Source: an uncultured Candidatus Peribacteria bacterium (GTDB taxonomy: Bacteria > Patescibacteriota > Gracilibacteria > BD1-5 > UBA2023). From it: a stretch of DNA of 64,000 bases. Position 1 is the stretch's first letter, and the number at the start of each line of letters is the position of its first letter. The notes beneath the pieces were generated by a model. The model ran no database searches. It was not told where the DNA came from and saw only the letters and a program-made list of their open reading frames with translations. The DNA lies in NCBI GenBank assembly GCA_964596675.1, contig CAZQUZ010000003.1, positions 30,198 to 94,197 of the forward strand, given 5' to 3'. The position numbers and the translations under genes were made by a program. Positions 1 through 11,118 of this stretch are shown in pieces.

Positions 1-1
1 G

Positions 2-334
2 GGTATATCTCAGAAAGAAAAAGAGCGTCTTGCACGAAGTGCACTCGATAAAGTCGGCCTCAGAGATAAGTATGCAAGTAAGCCGACTGAACTCTCTGGA
101 TGACAACAGCAGCGTGTTTCGATAGCACGCGCGATCGTCGGATCTCCATCAGTCATACTCGCCGATGAACCTACTGGTGCACTCGACTCCAAAACTGGTA
201 GTGAAGTGCTCGATATATTTCGAGCACTTCATGCTGAGGGTCGTACCATCATCCTCATTACCCATGATGCTCATATCGGAGCCTCTGCCAAAAGGATGAT
301 AAAAATCTTCGATGGAACTATAACTCACCCCTAA
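2..334 (+). CDS. ABC transporter ATP-binding protein, MacB/LolD-like (5' end outside window)
   Basis: Code-25 translation reads ...[59 protein letters not shown]..., giving the ABC signature, Walker B and H-loop. The second Gly of LSGGQ is TGA 101-103. TAA stop at 332-334. Confidence 0.9.
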
Positions 335-335
335 G

Positions 336-1556
336 ATGCAACTCTCTCGTACTATCACTCTTGCCGCCCGAAATATGCTCGCCAATAAGATGCGTGCAGG
401 TCTTTCGAGTCTTGGCATCATCATATGAGTATTTTCTGTCGTCGTACTCCTCGCTGTTGGTCAGTGAGCGACTGCAAAAATCGTAGACCAAGTATCAGCC
501 CTCGGGACAAATCTCCTCACGATACGTCCCGGAAGTCAGAATTCTGGAGATGTCCGTCGTGCATGAGGAAGTAATCAAAAAATATTTACCCTCGAGAATA
601 TCGCAAGCGTATGAGATATCGAGCATGTAAGTTCTCTCTCACCGCTCATGTCGAGTCAAAAGCAAGTCATCTACGGAAGTAAAAATACCAATGTGAGTAT
701 CTATGGAGTTCTCCCTACATATGGCACGGTGAATAATACCACTGTCACGCTCGGAACATTTATCACAGAAAATAATAATACAAATAGAGATAAAGTTGCT
801 GTCATATGACCTACAGTAGTGGAGAATCTCTTTGCTAGTGAAGACCCTCTTGGTAAAACCATACGCATTGATAGAGTGCTTTTTACCGTCATAGGAGTAA
901 CAAAATCAAAGTGATCAAGTGGATTCAATAATCCTGATAATCTCATATATGTGCCTCTCTCGACCGCGCAAATATCACTCTTTGGCTCTCCGTATCTCTC
1001 GACCATCTCAGTACAAATAGATACTGCAGAAAATATGGATAGCACCAAAGAGGCTATCACTACTCATCTTCTAGAAGTACTCAAGATAACAAATCCTGAT
1101 AAGGCAACATTCACTGTATCGAGTCAGGCTGATACTCTTGATACACTCTCGACTATCACGAATACACTCAAAATCTTTCTCTGAGGTATCGCAGCAATAT
1201 CGCTCTTCGTTGGTGGTATCGGCGTGATGAATATCCTCCTTGTGACTGTATCTGAACGCACCAAAGAAATCGGCATACGCAAGGCTATCGGTGCAAAAAG
1301 TCGCGATATTATCGAGCAATTTCTCGTCGAATCCGTCATGCTCACCGTCTTCGGTGGATTCATTGGGATAGGTCTCTCATATGGTATCGTCGCGCTCATC
1401 AATACTTTTTTTTCAGCAAGCATCACTGCAGTTATCACATCCAGCCAGATACTCCTCGCACTATCATTCTCAGTCGGTACAGGACTATTTTTCGGCATAT
1501 TCCCCGCATACAAAGCCGCGAAGATGAAGCCGATAGATGCGCTGAGAAGTGAATAG
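336..1556 (+). CDS. ABC transporter permease, MacB/FtsX family
   Basis: ATG lies 2 nt after the upstream stop. One frame joins track ORFs 951-1184 and 1224-1556 through in-frame TGA. It has an N-terminal TM helix, a large extracytoplasmic loop and a C-terminal FtsX-type helices with VMNILLVTVSERTKEIGIRKAIGA. Confidence 0.85.
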
Positions 1557-1768
1557 GTATTGCAAAGGTAACGGTAATAAAGGAATTATACTACGCTATC
1601 CTATTTAAGACGGATCATTTTTTCCCTCTTACTCATCCCTTACTCTCATGTGATATACTTTCCTCATACCCTTTCACATCTCGGACGGAATGAGGCACAT
1701 AATCCCTCAAATATTCCCGAGTACGATGTGTCGGTATATACGTTTTTATATATCTAATTTTTACTTTT

Positions 1769-2299
1769 ATGAAAAAATCCATTATTATTTCGACGGCCGT
1801 CATCGCCGCGCTCGGTATCGCTAGTGTTGCTACTTTTGCAGCAACAGGTACAGCGACAGGGACAAGAAGCCAGGAAATCCATGGACAACATGGAGGACCT
1901 AGCATGAGTAGCCACATGGGACCGGGTGCAGAACTCACTGATACTGAGAAGACCGCTCTCGAGTCTATGACAGACACTGAGAAACAAGCATTTTTCGATA
2001 AGAAGCGTACAGAGTCGGAGACAAAACGTGATGCTCGTGAAGCCGTCATAGATAAGCTCCTGGCTGGTACTGCACTCACTACTGATGAAGAGACTCTCCG
2101 AAAAGAGATCATCACAGAACGTGCCGAACGTAAGGCAAAGCAAGTAGAAATGAAGACCAATATGGAAAAAATACAGGCTATCATGGATAAGAAAAAGGCG
2201 GGTACCACTCTCACGACAGAAGAGCAGACTCTTCTCGATAGTATGCCAAAAATGGGTAATATGGGGAAAATGATGGGTCGCGGAGGACGTGGACGATAA
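1769..2299 (+). CDS. secreted low-complexity protein with LTxxQ-like repeats (possible Spy/CpxP/ZraP-type periplasmic protein)
   Basis: Intact 176-aa ORF. It has a signal peptide (MKKSIIISTAVIAALGIASVATFA), repeated LTDTEKTAL / MTDTEKQAF / LTTDEETL / LTTEEQTLL helices, and a Gly/Met/Arg-rich tail. It has its own terminator. Confidence 0.6.
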   Translation: MKKSIIISTAVIAALGIASVATFAATGTATGTRSQEIHGQHGGPSMSSHMGPGAELTDTEKTALESMTDTEKQAFFDKKRTESETKRDAREAVIDKLLAGTALTTDEETLRKEIITERAERKAKQVEMKTNMEKIQAIMDKKKAGTTLTTEEQTLLDSMPKMGNMGKMMGRGGRGR

Positions 2300-2328
2300 T
2301 CCATATCCGAGAAAGAAAAAAGAAAACA

Positions 2329-2354
2329 ATCCTCACTCCAAAGTGGGGATTTTT
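2329..2354 (+). terminator. rho-independent terminator
   Basis: Stem ATCCTCAC / GTGGGGAT with a 6-nt loop, followed by TTTTT. Confidence 0.6.
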
Positions 2355-2465
2355 CTTACCTGAGATTTACTCTAGAAATGTATACTACAGAAATGCTATT
2401 CATTTCTCTCTTTCTGATATATCCAGATTTGGAGATACTGGGTCCTTATATATAATTTTATACAC

Positions 2466-3131
2466 ATGCATACACTCCTCATAGAAGATAACATCGCACT
2501 CGCTCAGACAGTCACGCGCTACCTCGCGAACTCAGATATCACCTGCACACTCCGTACGACGGGGACTGAGGGATATATGGAGGCGGTAAATAATAACTAT
2601 GATGTCATCATCCTCGATATCGAACTCCCTGGTATGGACGGTATCGAAATATGTCGGCGACTTCGAGCCGAGGGGAAAAATACTCCTATCATCATGCTCA
2701 CATCTCGTGGCACGCAGGATGATATCGTCAGAGGACTCGACTACTGAGCGGATGACTACCTCTCGAAGCCCTGTGACTATAGAGAACTCGTCGCACGCAT
2801 ACGCGCACTCGGACGTAGAGAGAGTACCCATAAGTGAACAGAAGATATCACTATCGGGCACCTGTCGATGCATCTCGATACACACTCGGTGACATATGAT
2901 GACAAGGTGATAGATTTCTCGAAGCGAGAGTTCTCACTCCTCCTCTACTTCGCGCAAAATCATACACGCATCATCCCAAAGTCAGAACTCGCAGAAAAAG
3001 TCTGGGGCATCTACGATGTCTGGGAAAATCACAAAATCGTCGAGGTCTATATCGGCTATCTCCGTAAAAAAATACCAAACATTATCGAAACTCGAAAGGG
3101 CTACTGATACATACTCAATACACTTCTATAA
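2466..3131 (+). CDS. response regulator, OmpR family
   Basis: Receiver domain (DVIILDIELPGMDG, IIMLTSRG) plus a winged-helix output domain (REFSLLLYFAQN, VEVYIGYLRKK). Track ORFs 2466-2747 and 2868-3107 are joined through in-frame TGA. TAA stop at 3129-3131. Confidence 0.9.
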
Positions 3132-3133
3132 TT

Positions 3134-4342
3134 ATGCTATCCCACTCACTCCATGCCACGGAAAAACATCTCATCACACTCTTTGTGGGATGAGCATTTC
3201 TCTTTCTTCTGATTTTCGAATGAGTGTTTTTGGGTGGGCGTATCATACTCGAAGCTAGATTTTTACAGGATGAGTTCGAGAAATGAGCTGATCGTATCGT
3301 CGAACGGATGACCCTTCGTGATATATGAGGTCATCGAGATGGATCTAATCGCCTGAGTCCTCCTATGGGTCTCGATATTGGATTTCTCATCGTCGATAAA
3401 AGTGGTACTATCGTGGAGAATCGGCTCTGAGGCAGAGATGATACTGATAGCATGGAGGAGATATCCGCTCTTATGCCTCTAGAATATGGAAAAACTTCAT
3501 ATAATGGAGAATTGTATCAGAAAAAAATCCCCCACCCGAAAAATCCAAATCTTGATATCATCGTCATAAAAACTGGAGGATATGATTTAGACGATATTAT
3601 GCGTGATATTCTGAGATTTCTCATCCTCGATATCGCCATACTCATACCATTTTGGCTCATGGGTCGATACTTCGTCCGGGAGACGCTCCGTCCTGTAGCA
3701 GAAAATATAGATACCATGTCACACTTCGTCCATGATGCTGGACACGAGATCAAAACTCCGCTCGCCATCGTCAGTGGCAACCTCCAGATACTGCGTGATA
3801 TCCCGAAAAAAGATGATACCCTCATCGCAGAAAGTATAGATACCATAGCGAATCTCGCGACATCCCTCGATGGACTCATCGAGCTCGCGAATCTCCGAAA
3901 GCCAGAGACCATAACCAATACACCCCTCCTCGAGACGATCGAACATATCATGAAGATGCATACTCACGCACTCGAGAGTCGTCATATCACTCATACCATA
4001 CAGATACCAAAAAACGCGACCCTCCCCATGGAGACAGCACATTTCTCACTCCTCTGCTCGAATCTCATAAAAAATGCCATTACGTATAATAAAGACTCTG
4101 GTCACATAAACATCAGCTATAAAAAATGAGTCTTTAGCATCACAGATACTGGCATCGGGATGAGTAGAGAAGATATACCCAAGATTTTCGAGCGGTTCTA
4201 TCGAGCAGATAGGAGTGGGAAGTATCCTGGTACTGGGATAGGACTCGCGCTCGTAGATCGTATCGCACGACTCTATGATATGACGCTCCGTGTCGAGAGT
4301 GAACTCGGTACGGGTACGAATTTTTCTCTTCTAAGAAAATAG
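3134..4342 (+). CDS. sensor histidine kinase (HisKA + HATPase_c)
   Basis: ATG lies 2 nt after the regulator stop. Two hydrophobic helices flank a sensor domain. It has the H-box HDAGHEIKTPLAIV and ATPase boxes LIKNAITYN, ITDTGIGM and GTGIGLALV. Track ORFs 3452-4129 and 4160-4342 are in frame. The 5' 320 nt are open only under code 25. Confidence 0.85.
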
Positions 4343-4394
4343 TTTACTTTCGATAAAAAATACATATCCTCCTAATATACTAACTCCTCTTATC

Positions 4395-4820
4395 ATGCGC
4401 ATCTCTACACTCACACTCATCCTCTCTCTCACCCTCCTCGCGAGCTGTACCTGGGGCAAATCCGAACCCGCGAAAAGCCCATATCCGAGCACACCTCTCG
4501 GAGAAAATACGACTCTAGCCACGACTCCCACTGGCTCATCATACACGGCTCGTGGCACAGAGCCATTCTGGGCGATGGATGTCGTACCAGGTAAGGCGAC
4601 TATATCACGTCCGACAGAGAGCGGGTCTCTGGATATCGCATTCGATACGGAGGAAGATGATAAGGGTGGTATCGTCACGATCCGCAGTGTGAAGTGAGAT
4701 ATGTTCCTAAATATGACTCGCGGCAGCTGTAGTGATGGTGCGAGCGATACGAAGTATCTCTATAATGCGACGGTCCTCATCGGAGCAGAGACGCTCACGG
4801 GATGTGCACTGAAGAAGTAA
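4395..4820 (+). CDS. putative lipoprotein
   Basis: Signal peptide with lipobox (MRISTLTLILSLTLLAS|C). Reads through TGA 4695-4697. TAA stop at 4818-4820. Confidence 0.65.
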
Positions 4821-4825
4821 TTATA

Positions 4826-4866
4826 AAAATCCCCTGCTACAATGATGTATCGGGGGATTTTTTTGT
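4826..4866. terminator. bidirectional terminator between convergent genes
   Basis: Stem AAATCCCC / GGGGATTT, preceded by an A-run and followed by a T-run. Confidence 0.6.
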
Positions 4867-4874
4867 CTATTTTT

Positions 4875-6302
4875 CTATACTTTCTCCATCCTCACGACCG
4901 TCTCGATATGATGCGTATGTGGGAACATATCGACTGGAGTGATATCACTGATACGGTAGAGTGGGAGTGATGTGGTCTTCTCATCACGATTTTTACCGAT
5001 GAAGGACTCGAGGTCGCGTGCGAGAGTCGCAGGATTACATGAGACGTAGATAATCTCAGTCGCACCAAATGCGAGGATATGTGGTATCGCACTCGGATGG
5101 AGTCCATCGCGCGGTGGATCCAGGACGATGGTATCTGCCTTTCATCCACGAGTACGGAAGTCTCGAGCAAAGTCTTCGACCTTCGCATTCACGAACTCGA
5201 TATTATGGACATCATTCGCGAGAGCATTTTTCTCACCATCTCGACTCGCATCTGCGACGAGCTCGACTGAGTATACATGAGCAAAGTGCTTCGCGAGGAG
5301 TATACCGATGGTACCAGTACCAGCATAGAGGTCGAGGAGAGTGCCTCATTTTTTCCCGATAGAGTCGATCGCGAGTGTATAAAGTTTCTCAGCTCCGAGA
5401 CTATTTACCTGGAAAAATGACTTCGGCTGTATCTCGAATGTGAGACCGAGGAGCTCATCTCTGATACTCTCACGACCATGTAAGAGATGCGGAGTACCTG
5501 TCACGATATCGGCTCGTCCTGTGTTTTCGAGGAAGTAGATCGATGCTATCTGTGGATATGCCCGGCTGAGTTCTCTGACGATAGAGTCGAATAATGCACT
5601 CACTCACTCATCTTTCGGTGTACCATTCACAGAAAATACGAGCATGATTTCTCCTGTTTTGTGTCACTTTCGGATGACGAGATGCCGCCAGAAGCCATGA
5701 CCTCACTTCGGATCATAGGTCGGGAATCCAGAAGCACGTGAGAGAGTATCTACCGTCTGGAAGATAGTATTTATCTCCGTATCTGCGAGCGCACAGTAGG
5801 TGCAGTTCTCGATACGGTCGAACTGTCCCTGCGCATGGAATCCGAATCGGAACTCATCATGCACTCACTCACGTGCGGAGATATACTTGCCCCATGAGAA
5901 CTCAACTTTATTGCGATATCCATAAATCTCCGGTGACGCGATGATAGGGTGAAATACTGGAACCACCTCGACATCCTGGAGGATATGGTGAAATGCCTCT
6001 TTTACCTGTTTTTCCTTTATCTGGAGCTGATCCTCATAGCCGATAGTGAGCCACTTCGCACCACCATACATCTGGAATCCCTCTGGAAGTGGGACTTCGA
6101 TAGGAGATGACTTCACGACACGCATCTGCTGTCACTCATAGTGAGATTTTTTCGCCTTTAGGATGCGGACATCGATGATACTCCCTGGGATGACTCATCC
6201 AGAGATGATGACCTTTCGACCATCTGGAGCGACGCCGAGTCACTTTCACCCGAAGATGAGCTTATCGACGGTGATGTTTTCGAGGGTATCGAGTTTTGTC
6301 AT
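4875..6302 (-). CDS. 23S rRNA (uracil-C5)-methyltransferase, RumA/RlmD family
   Basis: 475 aa after reading through multiple TGA codons. It has an N-terminal TRAM-like domain, the SAM motif LDLYAGTGTIG, VLDPPRDG, and the catalytic-Cys motif YVSCNPATLARD. I translated the C-terminal 470 nt codon by codon down to TAG at 4875-4877. Confidence 0.85.
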
Positions 6303-6546
6303 AAATATGCATTAGGAAATCATGGAAAAATTCTGGAAATGTGTAAAAACAAGAAGTTCGAGGCAGACGCCCTTTGATTCACGCAGTGAATCTTAGTAGT
6401 ACTCTTGGGGTAAAAATTTTTTCGATAGGAGTTTACTGATTATGTAAATGACTGAGAAATAAATTTTTATAACGATGAAATTCGAAGTTTTTTCGCGTTT
6501 CCTTAGGATAGCGCGGATTGTATAGATTTTTCTCACGGTCGCAAAC

Positions 6547-7173
<627 letters not shown>

Positions 7174-7179
7174 GAATTT

Positions 7180-8400
7180 CTAGAGTGAAAATGAGATAAT
7201 CTCGACCACATCGGATGTGCGATGTTTGAGTTCGTATCCTCATTTTTCGAGGGTTTTATCGGATAGGATGATACGATGTGGTATACCGAAGAGATCAGCA
7301 TCTCCAGCCTTTTGCCCGAATCCACTCGATCTATCATCGATGAGCACCTCTGCACCCGTCGCTTCGAGCTGTTTCGCGAGCTCTGTCGCCTCTCTCATAT
7401 GATCTCCGATGACGATGATGACATGACTATATGGTGCGATGGCGCTCGGCCAGACGAGTCACTGAGCATCTGCGAACTTCTCTGCGATGACACCCATCAC
7501 ACGAGAAATCCCGATACCATAGCACCCCATGATGATGGACTTCGTGGCACCATCGGCATCCTGATACTTGAGTCCGAATGCATCTGAAAATCTCGAACCG
7601 AGCTTAAAAATATTTCCTACTTCAGAGACGATTTTTTTGTCATACTCTGCATGACCACACTCCGCACAGACGAAATGCTCTGGATCGATAATCTCGAGAT
7701 TATGCGCTTGTCCACATTTTTTACAGATATATATCTCATCTTCTCCGATACCGAGCTCCGTCTGGAACTCATACGAGTACTTCGAGAAGTCTCCCCCACT
7801 CGCGAACGTATAGTACGTCGACTCACCGATACCGAGTCGAGCGAAGATACGATCATATGCGGAGTGCATCACCTCGAAGTATGTATCGAGCTCATCCTGA
7901 GTCCGGTGGAAAGAGTAGGCATCTTTCATGAGAAATTCTCGACCGCGGAGAAGTCCTGATTTCGCACGTTTCTCATTCCGGAACTTCCACTGTATCTGAT
8001 AGACGCTCATAGCATCGAGGTCTTTATACGACTGGATAAATTCTCCGACCAGTGGTGTGACGACTTCTTCGTGAGTCGGATTTAGGGCATACTCTCGACC
8101 CTCTGCAGCTGGTAGCTTAAAGAGGACATCGACCGAGTCCCAGCGCTCAGTTTTTTCCCAGCTTTCTTTCGCACCGAGGGCGGTCATGAGGACCTCACTA
8201 CATCCGATCGCGTCCATCTCTTCACGGACGATAGCCTCTATCTTTCGGAGTGTACGGAGTCCGAGTGTCGTGAATGTATAGGCTCCGGCGAGGATCATGC
8301 GGATCATACCAGCCTGGAGGAGGAGTCATGTTCCACGATTATCCGAACCTGATGGGATAGACTTTTGTGTCTTGAATGGGATATGGGAAAGGAGTTGCAT
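7180..8400 (-). CDS. proS: proline--tRNA ligase (short form without INS editing domain)
   Basis: Class II aaRS core (KFRNEKRAKSGLLRGREF, GCYGIGISRV) and a C-terminal anticodon-binding domain. It is only 406 aa. A CKKCGQ...CAECGH knuckle sits where the INS domain normally lies. Confidence 0.85.
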
Positions 8401-8436
8401 AGAGAAAAAGTTATAGACTCGAGTATAGAGAAAAAG

Positions 8437-8676
8437 TTATTTTTCGGAAATAAAAAACTTCGCTGCGAACGACTGCGTCAAGTGTCATCATTGTTTTTTC
8501 TTATGAGGTATCACCCATATCCTTTCACCATGTGGAGTCGTCTCTGGATATACTCCATTTCAGATAAGTGAGAGGATCATCTCGACTTGTTTTTTGGTGA
8601 GAGATTTTGGGTCAGATATCTGCTCATTATTCGCACAGATATCATTATAGAGAAGGAGTCCAGTAGTATCGAGCAT
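8437..8676 (-). CDS. small hypothetical protein (79 aa)
   Basis: Open only under code 25 (three TGA codons). No recognisable motif and no clear RBS. Weak call. Confidence 0.3.
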
Positions 8677-8705
8677 AAGGCATAAAGTAAAGATAGGCTC
8701 TGAAA

Positions 8706-8820
8706 TAAAAAATCCTCCACAAAAAACTTTCGTGGAGGATAATAGAGTACTAACAACTACCTCACGAAAGTCATGGAGTATCCGGGGACAAGGTATGTGA
8801 GGCGAGCCTGGTGAGTCATA
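8706..8820 (-). ncRNA. candidate ~115-nt small RNA (unknown class)
   Basis: Lies between a promoter-like element (8826-8852) and a strong terminator (stem ATCCTCCAC / GTGGAGGAT at 8712-8740, then a U-run on the minus strand). It contains the helix CCUCAC...GUGAGG. All frames are closed. Confidence 0.35.
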
Positions 8821-8825
8821 TATGT

Positions 8826-8852
8826 ATTATATCGAGGAGAGAGAAAAGTCAA
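8826..8852 (-). promoter_or_regulatory. sigma70-like promoter (TTGACT-N15-TATAAT)
   Basis: On the minus strand, TTGACT is at 8852-8847 and TATAAT at 8831-8826. The element abuts the CYTH stop codon. Confidence 0.35.
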
Positions 8853-9404
8853 TTACTTTCTTTTTTTGAGTCCGTTATACCATGATTTTTCGCTCTCACT
8901 CCAGTAGATGTATGGATGGAGGGTAAATGACGCATTCGTGATTTTTTTCTCTTTTGTCACTTCTTTCCCGAGCCATGGTGGGAGGTCAAATGTCTCACTA
9001 TCTTCTTTGAGCTCGATATCTGCGAGTACGATACCCTCATTTGGACCCTGATACTCATCGAATTCCCAGACTTTTCCATCGGTGTGTTTATAGAGATAGC
9101 GCTTTTTATGGACTTCGCCATGCCCTATCATCACGAAGAGCGCGACACGATATGGCACATCCCACTCATATTCATCACGGATATTTGCAGCCGATTTTTT
9201 GGTCGATTTCTTTACCTTAAATGTGAAGCATGCAGACTTTTTACCCGTACGATTATCGGTGATGAGTCGTACACGGAGCTTATTCCCTTCACCACGATGT
9301 ATAGTAGACTGGACGATGAGCTGTGATGGGAGCGTATCACGGATTTGCATCCACTCTGGATGTTCTGTATTGACGACGAATTGTCGTTCGATCTCGATAG
9401 CCAT
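8853..9404 (-). CDS. CYTH-domain protein (triphosphatase/adenylate cyclase class IV fold)
   Basis: Intact 183-aa ORF without TGA. N-terminal MAIEIERQFVV matches the CYTH ExExK-type strand. Confidence 0.8.
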   Translation of the reverse strand: MAIEIERQFVVNTEHPEWMQIRDTLPSQLIVQSTIHRGEGNKLRVRLITDNRTGKKSACFTFKVKKSTKKSAANIRDEYEWDVPYRVALFVMIGHGEVHKKRYLYKHTDGKVWEFDEYQGPNEGIVLADIELKEDSETFDLPPWLGKEVTKEKKITNASFTLHPYIYWSESEKSWYNGLKKRK

Positions 9405-9545
9405 AATGGAAATATTACGATATAAACGAGGATAGCATATTTCTCTCTATTTGCCAAATGGAAATGCTCATTTTTGTCGAAAAAGACTTGAATTCTCCAA
9501 AAAGTCTCTATAGTACATTTGCTTTATCTTTTATTATACATATCT

Positions 9546-10223
9546 ATGACATTCCCTACTCATGCAGCACTAAAATCAGCTCTCGAATCTGTAGTATCTG
9601 AAAAAAATGGAGGATTCGGACTCCATATGTGGGCAACTATCGTGGATCGCGATGGTGTCGTCATAGCCGTCGCTCACTCTGGTGAGGATCGCGGAGCACA
9701 GTGGCCTGGTAGCCGTGTCATCTCAGCACAAAAGGCAAATACAGCGAATGCCTTTTCTCTCCCTGGACTCGCACTCTCTACGGCGAATCTCTTCACAGCG
9801 ACTCAGCCAGGAAATAGCCTCTACGGACTCCAACACAGTAATCCTATAAACACAGAAGTCGCGTATCGTGGAGACTCTGCGGCTATCGGTACAGAGGCAG
9901 ACCCTATGGTCGGTGGTAAGATCGGTGGTGTAAATGTATTCGGTGGTGGGCTCGGACTCTATAACGCTCTAGGTACTCTCGTCGGTGGACTCGGTGTCAG
10001 TGGAGACAGCTCGACTGCAGACCATAACATCGCATGGAAGCTCCGAAAGGCACTCGGCCTCGACTACGTACCTGCAGGAGTGAATGCTGATGGAACTGAT
10101 AATATCGTGAATGATATCGTCGGTGGTGTCAGTGCGAGCGGATGGGGTCATCCAGAGACGACTGCAGAGGCAAAAGCTATCGCAGCAGCATTCGGGACGA
10201 CACATCCAGTATCGAAGAAGTAA
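9546..10223 (+). CDS. GlcG/HbpS-like (DUF336) heme-binding protein
   Basis: Motifs GGFGLHMWATIVDRDGVVIAV and RVISAQKANTANAF. I prefer ATG 9546 to the upstream TTG used by the track. Confidence 0.75.
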   Translation: MTFPTHAALKSALESVVSEKNGGFGLHMWATIVDRDGVVIAVAHSGEDRGAQWPGSRVISAQKANTANAFSLPGLALSTANLFTATQPGNSLYGLQHSNPINTEVAYRGDSAAIGTEADPMVGGKIGGVNVFGGGLGLYNALGTLVGGLGVSGDSSTADHNIAWKLRKALGLDYVPAGVNADGTDNIVNDIVGGVSASGWGHPETTAEAKAIAAAFGTTHPVSKK

Positions 10224-10361
10224 TTTGCTATAATTGTGGAAATTAGGTTGACATTTAACTCTATCTTCTTAGTATTATTACACACTCTATATAAACATAT
10301 TTATATAGGAACTATCATCTTAATATAAGCTCCGTAAATAAGGGAGTGAAAGGAAGGAAAA

Positions 10362-10607
10362 GTGAAGTTATCTATTTATAGAAAGCCTCGTGTAGTATCT
10401 CCATTTGAAGAGGATATTGCCAAAACAGTATACGGTCCTGCTGCTGGATTCTTTGATCGTATTCTTGGTAGATTTTCGCCAAATATCCCAGAAGAGGATA
10501 TGCGAAAGATTCCAAAATGGGCGCTTAGTTCTGGTCTATTTTGGGATGAAATAAAAGGACGGTGGCAATCAACAAGAGGTATTTCTATGGATATAACTGA
10601 TAGTTAA
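10362..10607 (+). CDS. small hypothetical protein (81 aa, GTG start)
   Basis: A purine-rich RBS (GGGAGTGAAAGGAAGGAAAA) precedes the GTG. The ORF is followed by a terminator and sits in an AT-rich spacer. Confidence 0.4.
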   Translation: MKLSIYRKPRVVSPFEEDIAKTVYGPAAGFFDRILGRFSPNIPEEDMRKIPKWALSSGLFWDEIKGRWQSTRGISMDITDS

Positions 10608-10645
10608 CTTCTATTATTTTTATTCTCTTGCTTGATAAAATAGAT

Positions 10646-10673
10646 AAAGACTCACTTCCGTGAGTCTTTTTTC
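10646..10673 (+). terminator. rho-independent terminator
   Basis: Stem AAAGACTCAC / GTGAGTCTTT with loop TTCC, then a T-run. Confidence 0.6.
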
Positions 10674-10742
10674 TGTCTCAAAACTTATATAAGTGTGACT
10701 CAGGCTTTAATCTACTGTCTTACAATTTGCTGGCAATAAACA

Positions 10743-10775
10743 AAAACTTCCTCTGAATCAGAGGAAGTTTTTTAT
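10743..10775. terminator. bidirectional terminator (ends the tRNA-Leu transcript on the minus strand)
   Basis: Stem AAACTTCCTCTG / CAGAGGAAGTTT, with an A-run before and a T-run after. Confidence 0.6.
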
Positions 10776-10781
10776 TTTTCA

Positions 10782-10866
10782 TGGTGCCCAAGATGGGATT
10801 TGAACCCACACGTCCGAAGGACATACGCATCTGAAACGTACATGTCTACCATTCCATCACCTGGGC
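10782..10866 (-). tRNA. tRNA-Leu(CAG)
   Basis: 85-nt cloverleaf. Acceptor GCCCAGG/CTTGGGC, anticodon stem TACGT/GCGTA, loop TTCAGAT (anticodon CAG), long variable arm, T-loop TTCAAAT, and an encoded CCA. Confidence 0.9.
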
Positions 10867-11118
10867 ATATTTTTCGGACCTATTTATTTTGGTACATGTA
10901 CCCCTCTCGAATGTACCCCTCTCATGTGTCGCACCAACTTCGTTGGATGCTGGCATTCGGGAGTATGGCTCGCATCAAAGATGCTCACACATCGTACCGC
11001 TTCGCGGATACTCGCTCTCTGGGGTATGGCTCCGACATCATCACTTACGTTCTGTGTCTTCGCACATCTACCATTTCCCCCTCCGGGGATTTACGCACCA
11101 CCCGAGCAGGACTCGCCT
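10867..11118 (-). ncRNA. candidate ~250-nt structured RNA co-oriented with and immediately 5' of tRNA-Leu (class unknown)
   Basis: A GC-richer block. The minus strand is closed in all frames, while the plus strand is stop-free in all three frames (track ORFs 10800-11120, 10889-11296, 10924-11127). It has many short GC hairpins (CCGCGAAGCGG, CCAACGAAGUUGG, UCCCCGGAGGGGGA, GCAUCUUUGAUGC) and internal repeats GAGCCAUAC (x2) and GAGAGGGGUACAU (x2). A possible TTGCAA-N15-TATACT promoter lies at 11145-11119. Confidence 0.4.

Noticed and set aside
10782-10866. Possible tRNA(UCA) decoding TGA, because the string TTTCAGA occurs in the anticodon region.
   Set aside because: The only 5-bp anticodon stem (TACGT/GCGTA) places CAG at positions 34-36. 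The long variable arm fits tRNA-Leu. No tRNA-Gly(UCA) is present in this window.
10867-11118. Calling the RNA upstream of tRNA-Leu a 5S rRNA or RNase P RNA.
   Set aside because: Isolated 5S-like strings are present, but I could not build a three-helix-junction fold of the right size, and the RNase P CR-I/CR-V motifs are absent.
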